This document shows, one piece after another, positions 56,478 to 64,000 of a stretch of DNA of 64,000 bases. The notes beneath the pieces were generated by a model. It was not told the DNA's origin, made no database searches, and saw nothing but the letters and a program-made list of their open reading frames with translations. Every line of letters starts with the position of its first letter. Within the stretch, counting starts at the first letter, position 1. The translations under genes were made by a program, and so were the position numbers. This DNA comes from Syntrophales bacterium (GTDB lineage: Bacteria > Desulfobacterota > Syntrophia > Syntrophales > PHBD01): the NCBI GenBank assembly GCA_963668175.1, contig OY764159.1:3424001-3488000 (forward strand), written 5' to 3'.

Positions 56478-58305
56478 TCCCCACCTCCGTTCCCAGATAG
56501 GCGTCGATCACCTCGGCGTTCTTCTCGACTTCCTCGGCGGAACCTTCCGCAATTTTTCTGCCGAAGTTCAGAACTGTAATATGGTCGGAAACATTCATGA
56601 CCAGGCTCATGTCGTGTTCGACCAGCAAAATGGTGACGCCCTGCCTGCATATTTGGAACAGAAGCTCCACCAGCGCCTCGGTTTCAGCGGCATTCAAACC
56701 GGCCGCCGGCTCGTCCAGGAGGAGAAGCCTGGGGTCCGATGCCAGGGCGCGCGCCAGTTCCAGCAGACGCTGCTGGCCGTACGGCAGGCTGCTGGACTTG
56801 GTGAACTCTTTGCCCCTGAGGCCGACGAAGCTCAGCAACTTCAGCGCCTTTGCCCGCATCCGGGCCTCTTCGGCCCTCTGGGAGGGCGGTTGAAAAATAC
56901 TGGCCATGACGCCGGCCTTGGATTGACAATGCTGGCCGATGAGGAGATTATCCAGCACCGTGAGATCCCCAAAAAGGCGGATATTCTGGAACGTCCTCGC
57001 TATGCCCAGGGAGGTGATGACATGCGGCTTCAGTCCGCCGATGACTTTCCCCTCCAGGGTGATTTCTCCGGCTGTCGGGACATAGAGGCCGCTGAGCACA
57101 TTGAGGGTCGTCGTCTTTCCGGAGCCGTTGGGCCCGATGAGAGCCTGAATCTCGCCCCGCCGGACCTGCATGTCCACGCCGTCCACCGCCTTGAGCCCTC
57201 CGAAATGCTTTGCCAGCGCCCTGATCGTCAGCAGCACTTCGCCCGATCCCGAACATTCTTCGATTTTGAATGAATGGGATACCGCTTCGGCATTGCCTGA
57301 CGGAGGCGCTTCCGCCGCAGGCTGCCGTGCCGGCGACGAATCGGAATTCCACCAGGCGCTCAACCGCAGACTGATCGGCATGCTCTTCACCAGGCCGGCA
57401 ATGCCGCTGGGCATGAAGATCATGATGACCACGATGCCGGCGGCGTAGACCATCATGTAAGAGTCTTTCAGAAACCGCAGCGTCTCCGGCAACAGCGTCA
57501 GCAGCGTGGCGCCCACGATGGAACCGATGGGGGACCCGTTCCCGCCCAGAACGGTCATGACCAGTATGATCACGGATTGCTCGAAGGAAAAGGTATCCGG
57601 ACTGATATAGTGCGAGCCGCTGTGGGCGAACAGCCAGCCTCCGAACCCCCCGTAACCCGCCGATAGCGAGAAGGCCACGATCTTGTAATAGGTCGTATCC
57701 ACCCCGGCCGTCCCCGCGGCCATCTCGTTCTCCCGGATGGCCAGCAGGGCCCGGCCCACACGGGAGTTTTTGAGGCGGAGGGCTCCCCAGGTGAACAGGA
57801 TCAATGCCGCGGCCGCCAGATAGAAGAATTCTTCCGGGTCCTTCAGCTCAAGGGGGCCGAGCCACGGCGAGGGGATCTTGGTGATCCCGTCGGCGCCGTT
57901 GGTGAGCCAGATCTCATTGACCAGGATAAGCTGAAGAATGATCCCGAATCCGATCGTCGCCATGGCCAGGTAATGGCCGGACAGTTTGAGGGTGGGAATG
58001 CCGAGCAGGATCCCGAAGAAGGCCGCTACGAAGAAAGCGGCGAACATCCCCGCCCATACCGGCAGACCGAGCTTGGTGGTCAGGATGGCCGACGTGTAGG
58101 CCCCCACTCCCCAGAATGCCGCCTGGGCCAGCGACAACTGCCCGGTGTATCCCAGGACGATGTTCAATCCCAAACAGGCGATCGAAAAGCTGATGGACAG
58201 GTTGATCAGATTCAGCCAGTAGTTGCTCTCCAACACCCGGGGGAGAAGCAGGACGGCGCCGATCAAAACGACGGGAACGATCAGTCTCTTTATATTGGTA
58301 TTCAT
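56470..58305 (-). CDS. LivM permease fused to LivG ATPase
   Basis: GQLSLAQAAF, AIRENE; GPNGSGKTT, RTFQN, LPYGQQR, DEPAAG, VEHD. Confidence 0.92.
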   Translation of the reverse strand: MNTNIKRLIVPVVLIGAVLLLPRVLESNYWLNLINLSISFSIACLGLNIVLGYTGQLSLAQAAFWGVGAYTSAILTTKLGLPVWAGMFAAFFVAAFFGILLGIPTLKLSGHYLAMATIGFGIILQLILVNEIWLTNGADGITKIPSPWLGPLELKDPEEFFYLAAAALILFTWGALRLKNSRVGRALLAIRENEMAAGTAGVDTTYYKIVAFSLSAGYGGFGGWLFAHSGSHYISPDTFSFEQSVIILVMTVLGGNGSPIGSIVGATLLTLLPETLRFLKDSYMMVYAAGIVVIMIFMPSGIAGLVKSMPISLRLSAWWNSDSSPARQPAAEAPPSGNAEAVSHSFKIEECSGSGEVLLTIRALAKHFGGLKAVDGVDMQVRRGEIQALIGPNGSGKTTTLNVLSGLYVPTAGEITLEGKVIGGLKPHVITSLGIARTFQNIRLFGDLTVLDNLLIGQHCQSKAGVMASIFQPPSQRAEEARMRAKALKLLSFVGLRGKEFTKSSSLPYGQQRLLELARALASDPRLLLLDEPAAGLNAAETEALVELLFQICRQGVTILLVEHDMSLVMNVSDHITVLNFGRKIAEGSAEEVEKNAEVIDAYLGTEVGNA

Positions 58306-58315
58306 AGGCGCCTCA

Positions 58316-59197
58316 CTATGCCTTCTCGGCGATCTTCTCGCCGAAAAACCCCTGCGGACGCAGAAGCAGAACGAGAATCAGAATCATGAAGGCAAAGGCG
58401 TCGCGATAGGCCGTGGAGATATAGTACGAGCCGAATACTTCGATCACGCCCAGAAATACGCCGCCTAGGATGGCTCCGGGAATGCTCCCGAATCCACCCA
58501 CAATGGCCGAGCAGAACGCCTTGAGCCCGATCATCGCCCCCATATCCTTGGTCACGAAAAAAATGGGCCCGACCAGGATTCCGGCCGCCGCTCCCAGGAT
58601 CGAACTGTAGGCGAAGGTAATGACGATCATCCTCGCCACCTTGATGCCCAGGAGCCTTGCCATGTCCTTGTCCTGCGCCGTCGCCAGCATCTTTTTACCC
58701 AGAAGGGTCCTTTCGAAGATGAAGTACTGGAAGCCGAGGAGAACCAGGGTGCAGATGACGATTACAATGTACTGGGGGTCCAGGAGCACACCGAGTATGT
58801 TCACCGCATCCGCGGAGGTCGGCCGCGGCATGGACAACGGTTCGGCGCCGAAAATGAGCTGCGCCCCGTTTTTCAGGAAGATACCGACGCCGATGGTGCT
58901 GATCACAACCGGCAGGAAACTGCGGTTACGCAACGGATAGTACGCGACCCGCTGGAAGACGATGCCGAAGGCAATCATGAAGGAGACCGTGATCACGCAC
59001 GCCAGAACGAAGGGAACCTCCAGGCCGGCCAGCAGCCATACGGCTATAAAAGCCGGAACCATCGCAAATTCCCCCTGTGCAAAATTGACAACATTGACCG
59101 CATTGAAAATCAGGACAAATCCGAGGGCAACCAGGGCATATATCGATCCCATGGCCAGGCCTGCGGCTATCATTTGCAGATTTGTGGACCAATCCAT
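58316..59197 (-). CDS. livH: Branched-chain amino acid-type ABC permease
   Basis: GSIYALVALG, NFAQGE, GGFGSIPGA, RPQG. Confidence 0.92.
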   Translation of the reverse strand: MDWSTNLQMIAAGLAMGSIYALVALGFVLIFNAVNVVNFAQGEFAMVPAFIAVWLLAGLEVPFVLACVITVSFMIAFGIVFQRVAYYPLRNRSFLPVVISTIGVGIFLKNGAQLIFGAEPLSMPRPTSADAVNILGVLLDPQYIVIVICTLVLLGFQYFIFERTLLGKKMLATAQDKDMARLLGIKVARMIVITFAYSSILGAAAGILVGPIFFVTKDMGAMIGLKAFCSAIVGGFGSIPGAILGGVFLGVIEVFGSYYISTAYRDAFAFMILILVLLLRPQGFFGEKIAEKA

Positions 59198-59287
59198 TAG
59201 AAACCTTCCTTCGAGGCATCCGGTGCCGGCATCCCCCCATACCGGAAGACCGAATGCCTCTTGTGTATATCCGGGAGACGGGAGGTG

Positions 59288-60430
59288 TTATTTCTTACCC
59301 ACGTTGACGATTTTCAGGAGTTTCGGTTTCCCCTTCTCGATCTGAACAATGCTCACTTCGCTCAGGCCGTCGCCGTTGGGGGTGAAGGAAAAGGTTCCCT
59401 GGACGCCCTTGTATCCCTGGGTGGCAAGAATGGCTTGACGGATCTTGCCCCGATCTTCGCCGGCTTTCTTCATGGCATTGGCCAGGATCTTCAGACCGTC
59501 GTAAGTCCACACGTTGAGCGTGTCGTACTCCTCGCCGTACTCCTTCTTGTAAGCCGCGGCATAACGCTTGTTTTCCGCGGTCTGTCCCGGAACAAAATCG
59601 ACTACGGCCCAGATTCCCTCGGCCGCCTCCTTGGCGAGGTTCAGGCTGTCTTTCGATGCCGCGCTGGGCGAGCCGAGAAACTTGAAGGGGGAACCGAGCT
59701 GGCGAACCTGCCGCTGGAGCAGAGCTGTGGCTTCCTGGTGACCGTAGAAGACCAGGATTTGCGCTCCGGCATTCTTCATGGCCAGGAGTTCGGCGGTAAA
59801 ATCCTTCGCCGCGGTCGCAGTCTTCTCTCTTCTTACGATCGTCAGGCCTGCTTCCTTGGCGCCTTTCTCTACAAGGTCGGCGCCGCCCGTGCCCATTGCA
59901 TCCGCATCGTGCAGGAGCCCTATTTTCGTAAACTTGGTGTCTTCCTTGATGTATTTAACCATGGCTCCGGCGGCGATCGAGTCGTCGGGCCGCACCCGGA
60001 ACAGCCAGGGGTTCCCCTGTTTCGTGATGTTGACGTTGGTGGCGCCGATGATCGTGGGAATGCCGTAGTTTTTGATGGCGTCCGCCGTGGCAAGAACCTG
60101 AGTGCTGTACAGGCAGCCGACCAGGGCCACTACTTTCTCCTGTTCCACGGCCTTCTGCAGTGCCGCCAGCGCTCCGGGGTTGGTGGACTGGTTGTCTATG
60201 ATCCTAAGATCGATCTTCTTTCCGTTTATTCCGCCGGCGGCATTGATCTCCTTGACGGCCAGCTTTATGGCCTTTACCTGGAGAGATCCCGCTGCGGCAT
60301 GGACACCTGTTATGGGGGGAGTAAACCCGATACGGATCGTTTGATCCGCCATCGCTATGCCGCTTCCGAATATCGCCACAATCATGACAGATAAGAAAAT
60401 AACCGATAACACACGCATCCTGTTTATCAT
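59288..60430 (-). CDS. ABC substrate-binding protein (LivK/LivJ family)
   Basis: Signal peptide; EINAAGGINGKK; FRVRPDD; YDG. Confidence 0.92.
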   Translation of the reverse strand: MINRMRVLSVIFLSVMIVAIFGSGIAMADQTIRIGFTPPITGVHAAAGSLQVKAIKLAVKEINAAGGINGKKIDLRIIDNQSTNPGALAALQKAVEQEKVVALVGCLYSTQVLATADAIKNYGIPTIIGATNVNITKQGNPWLFRVRPDDSIAAGAMVKYIKEDTKFTKIGLLHDADAMGTGGADLVEKGAKEAGLTIVRREKTATAAKDFTAELLAMKNAGAQILVFYGHQEATALLQRQVRQLGSPFKFLGSPSAASKDSLNLAKEAAEGIWAVVDFVPGQTAENKRYAAAYKKEYGEEYDTLNVWTYDGLKILANAMKKAGEDRGKIRQAILATQGYKGVQGTFSFTPNGDGLSEVSIVQIEKGKPKLLKIVNVGKK

Positions 60431-60598
60431 GTCTTCCTCCCTCTTTCTGTTCGATAAGGTTCGATAAAGACTCGTTCCGGGGCAAACCGATCCGACTATT
60501 CAGCCGTGTTGTCTTCAGGCAATTGGAACGGACGATCACCCCCTTTCAGTCGTTTCACCTTTATCCATGATCACTGCACCTCTCGGCGCTGTTTCACT

Positions 60599-61405
60599 TT
60601 ACGGCTCTTTAAATGAACCGGATATTCTCCGGGATGTTTCCGATACCAGCTTCGCAAAGAGGTCGCCCGTATTTGCGGTAACCCGGTTTTTCGGAGACGA
60701 GATACTGATAGCCGCCACGCACTCTCCCCTGGAGTTCAGTATGGGCGCGGCAACGCAGTAAACTCCCGCCAGGGCTTCCTCATTATCGACCGCCACCTTC
60801 CTGATCCTGACCTTCTCGATTTCCGCAATCAAATCGTCAACGGTCGCAATCGTATTTTGAGCGTATTTCTTCAGGGAGGTACTCAAGCCGTATATCTGCC
60901 GGATGTCTTCATTGCTGAAATAGGACAGCAATATCTTGCCCGTCGCGCAGCAGTAGCCTGGAAACCTCGCACCGGCCGTCGTCGATATGCGAAGCATCGC
61001 GTCCGATTCCAGCCGGTAGATGTAGCGGATGCCGTTATATTCCCACACGGCTGCGTTCACGGTTTCTCCGCACGTTTCGTAGAGCTCCGTCATAAAGGGA
61101 GCCATGGTTATGCGAAGGAATCTTTCCCTCCTGGAGTCCATGCCGATCTCCAGTGTCCGCACGCCAAGGCCGTACATTCTTGTCTTGATATTCTGCTGGA
61201 TGAATTTTCGAGCTACCAGGGTGCTCAGGACACGATGGACCGTACCTTTCATCATGCCGAGTTTCTGGCATATCTCCGTGATAGAGAGATCCCTGCCCTG
61301 GTCGATCAGAAGTTCCAGGATTAAAAGCGCTTTATCGAGAGAGGTGACGCGGTATTTGCTTTCGGAATGCGACGGAGTCTCGGAAGTTACGGGCGTGTGC
61401 TTCAT
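60599..61405 (-). CDS. IclR family transcriptional regulator
   Basis: SLDKALLILE, GTVHRVL, GETVN, ATGKILL, CVAAPI; RBS GGAGG before 61405. Confidence 0.93.
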   Translation of the reverse strand: MKHTPVTSETPSHSESKYRVTSLDKALLILELLIDQGRDLSITEICQKLGMMKGTVHRVLSTLVARKFIQQNIKTRMYGLGVRTLEIGMDSRRERFLRITMAPFMTELYETCGETVNAAVWEYNGIRYIYRLESDAMLRISTTAGARFPGYCCATGKILLSYFSNEDIRQIYGLSTSLKKYAQNTIATVDDLIAEIEKVRIRKVAVDNEEALAGVYCVAAPILNSRGECVAAISISSPKNRVTANTGDLFAKLVSETSRRISGSFKEP

Positions 61406-61452
61406 CAATAAAGCCTCCATGCGGTGAAAATTCTGTCTGACGGGAATAAAAT

Positions 61453-61524
61453 TTTTATCACGCGGAAAAACAATGTCAAGGAAATGTTCCACATGTTTAA
61501 AATTAAGTTCTAATATACGGAACA
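61453..61524. promoter_or_regulatory. Possible IclR-type operators between the divergent iclR and luxR genes
   Basis: Three imperfect TTCC-N7-GGAA-like sites (TTTATCACGCGGAAA, TTCCACATGTTTAAA, TTCTAATATACGGAA). Confidence 0.35.
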
Positions 61525-61790
61525 GCAGGCCATCGACCGATGCAAAAGGCCCATTCGTATTTTCGCTCAACGGCCCTTGAATAGACGTCCGGAAGAACCT
61601 TGTTAACGATCGGCCGTTATCCATTGAGCCAATTCACCATTTGCCGCAGAATATCTTCACGGGAGATTGGGCGTATTATACTGACTTTATATATGATATA
61701 AACAACGCAGCAGACTGCGGCAGGCTCAGAGCCGGAATGCGAAGCGGATTTACAGGGCCGATATACAGCGACAGGAACCGAGGAGTCGTC

Positions 61791-63089
61791 ATGAAGAAAA
61801 TCCCCAGGCGCGAAGCAGCACATCATAAAAGCGACGGAGACTATCCCGAAGCCGAAAGCCGGCGATGGAAGCAGTTCCGGCAGATGCTGGAGCAGGACGA
61901 GGATGTGTACAAAAAAATATGGGAGAGCTCCCTCTCGGGACTCTATCTGTCGCAGGACGGTATCTTTCAGGCCGTAAGCCCCCTGATCACGTCGTTTACA
62001 GGTTATCGTGTGGAGGAGTTGATCGGAAAAAAAGCGGACAGCATTATTTACCCGGAAGACATAGAGGGCGTGAGAAAAAACGTCCGCGAAACCCTTTCCG
62101 GAAAAAGAATGTCTCCCTATGAATTCCGAATTGTTACGAAACAGGGAAAGATCTGTTGGGTTCTGGAAACGATCACCGCCACGCTGTTCAAAGGCAGGCC
62201 CGCCATCCTGGGCAACTTTATGGATATATCCGAGAGGAAAGCGGTCGAAAACCTGCTGAAGGAATCGGAAACCCTGTATCGCGCCATCTTCGAAACGACG
62301 GGCGCCGCAACCGTTATTATCGAAGACGACATGACCGTCACTTTGATCAACTCCGAATTTGAAAGGATGACGGGATACAGGAAAGAAGACTGGGAAGGGA
62401 AGAAGAAATGGCCCGAGTATATCGCCCCCAAAGACATTCCCAGAATGATCAAGTCGCACAAGTTGAGGAGGATCGACCCGAAGGCCCCGCCGAGAACATT
62501 CGAACACGATCTGGTCGACAGTCGGGGCAGAATCCGGCACATGGTGGTGGTGGTCGATCTGATTCCGGGAACAAAGCGTAGCGTTTCGTCTTTTTTCGAC
62601 GTCACTGCATGGAAAGAGGCGGAACGGGGATTGAAAAAGAGAGAACAGGAATTAAGGGCCCAGTCCCGCAATCTAAAGGAACTGAACACGGCCTTGAGGG
62701 TTCTCCTCAAGCAAAGGGAGAACGACCGCGCGGAATTCGAGGACGTTATCCTTTCGAATGTCAAGGAACTCGTCCTCCCTTATGTCGAAAAGATTCAAAA
62801 GAGTAATACGAATACGGAAACCGCCGCTTACATCGACATCGTTGCATCCAATTTGAAGGACATCATTTCTCCCTTCTCTCACAGAATTTCCGCGAAGCAT
62901 TCAAATCTCACTCAGAGGGAAATTCTGATCGCCAGCTTCATCAAGGAAGGCAAAACCAGCAAGGAAATCGCCGACATCCTTAATATATCCAAGAGTGCCA
63001 TCGATATCCACCGCTTCCGCCTGAGAAAAAAACTCGGGTTGAATAATAAGAAAGTCGACCTGAGGACCCATCTCATCAACTTTTCCTGA
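61791..63089 (+). CDS. PAS-PAS-LuxR transcriptional regulator
   Basis: Two PAS/PAC domains; ELNTALRVLL; LTQREI..GKTSKEIA..HRFRLRKKLG. Confidence 0.92.
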   Translation: MKKIPRREAAHHKSDGDYPEAESRRWKQFRQMLEQDEDVYKKIWESSLSGLYLSQDGIFQAVSPLITSFTGYRVEELIGKKADSIIYPEDIEGVRKNVRETLSGKRMSPYEFRIVTKQGKICWVLETITATLFKGRPAILGNFMDISERKAVENLLKESETLYRAIFETTGAATVIIEDDMTVTLINSEFERMTGYRKEDWEGKKKWPEYIAPKDIPRMIKSHKLRRIDPKAPPRTFEHDLVDSRGRIRHMVVVVDLIPGTKRSVSSFFDVTAWKEAERGLKKREQELRAQSRNLKELNTALRVLLKQRENDRAEFEDVILSNVKELVLPYVEKIQKSNTNTETAAYIDIVASNLKDIISPFSHRISAKHSNLTQREILIASFIKEGKTSKEIADILNISKSAIDIHRFRLRKKLGLNNKKVDLRTHLINFS

Positions 63090-63405
63090 CTGCTATATTA
63101 CCAATTTTGTAATATATATTTAAAACATATTCAATATTGATCTCATGCCGGGACGGGCCTATGATGGTACCCGAAAATGCGAATTCAGACCGTTATGGCA
63201 TGAAGGGCCGGACCACATGGAGCGATCTGAACGTGCACGCCGGCAGTGATGTCCGGGCGGGCATGTTACATAAGGAAAGCGTTGTCAGGGGCTCTCTTAA
63301 TCAGCGTTACGGGAGAGCCGATAGGCGGCGGAAGATGGGGGCTCCCTTCCGGGGGTGCCGCCATACTGCCGAACCGATTTATTCATCAGAGAGGAGGAAA
63401 GGGAA

Positions 63406-64000
63406 TTGGAACGTAAGCGTAGAAAGGTAACCGTGTTCTTTTTGGCTTTGGCTTTTACCGTCGCGCTGGCCGGCGCAGGATTGCGCGATGCCGCCGCGGC
63501 CGTGACCATTCGGTTGGGTTTTATCGTCTCGCCGACCCATTCGTATGTCGTAGCAGCCAAATCCTTTAAACAGGAGGTCGAGTCCAAGACGAAGGACGCC
63601 GTCAAAGTGACTATTCACGGCGGCGGCGTCATGGGCGGCGAGCGTCAGATGATCGAAGCCGTCATTCGCGGAGATCTCGATATGGGCTGGAGTTCCGACA
63701 TAGGACTGGCCGCAATCTATCCGGAACTGGGATTCGTGAATCTGCCCTACTTGTTCAAGAACTACGCCGAGGCCGACGCAAAATACCGCCACGGCTGGAT
63801 CGGCCAGAAGATCATCAGTTTCATGGATGCCAAAGGCGTCAAGGTCCTGGGTATCGGTGAGAACGATTTCCGCGGCCTGACGAATTCAAAACGTCCCATC
63901 ACGAAGGGCGAAGATTTCAAGGGATTGAAACTCCGGGTTCCGGAAGTGCCCATGTACATCGATTTCTATAAGGCCCTGGGAGTCCTTCCCACGCCGATGG
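63406..64000 (+). CDS. dctP: TRAP transporter solute-binding protein DctP, runs off the window edge
   Basis: Manual translation from TTG 63406: signal peptide, MGGERQMIE, NLPYLF, GENDFR, DFKGLKLRVP. Confidence 0.88.
   Translation, partial: MERKRRKVTVFFLALAFTVALAGAGLRDAAAAVTIRLGFIVSPTHSYVVAAKSFKQEVESKTKDAVKVTIHGGGVMGGERQMIEAVIRGDLDMGWSSDIGLAAIYPELGFVNLPYLFKNYAEADAKYRHGWIGQKIISFMDAKGVKVLGIGENDFRGLTNSKRPITKGEDFKGLKLRVPEVPMYIDFYKALGVLPTPM

Noticed and set aside
48443..60394. Long antisense or alternate-frame ORFs (48664-49932, 52054-53871, 55389-56579, 59261-60394 and others)
   Set aside because: Shadow ORFs of well-supported GC-rich genes, with no protein motifs.

Overview
Chromosomal window from an anaerobic, probably Deltaproteobacteria/Syntrophales-like bacterium (inferred from gene content). 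1-3.3 kb holds two CoA-transferases and an HDAC-family deacetylase. 3.7-4.5 kb is an ORF-poor, hairpin-rich segment. 4.6-16.4 kb is a sensor-kinase cluster. About 17-48.3 kb is a lower-GC mosaic defence/accessory island: a Panacea antitoxin with a putative toxin, an MmeI-type RM enzyme, a GT32 / GT25-GH16 fusion / carbamoyltransferase operon, orphan UmuD, Xre-RES, AbiE, a serine resolvase, a 1.36k-aa HigA-HTH fusion, a complete Ubl-E2-JAB-E1 (Bub/Bil type II-like) operon behind a sigma-HTH-IrrE triad, a SET-domain protein, an iteron/Rep3 replicon, AlpA and BrnTA. The island carries a tRNA-Leu scar and two tmRNA 3'-end scars; no integrase or intact tRNA/tmRNA was seen in the window. From 48.5 kb the GC-rich core resumes: abfD, a 2-oxoacid oxidoreductase with a GltD-like domain inserted in the delta subunit, a Liv-type ABC transporter, IclR, PAS-LuxR and a TRAP DctP. 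All calls come from reading motifs by eye; no database searches were run.
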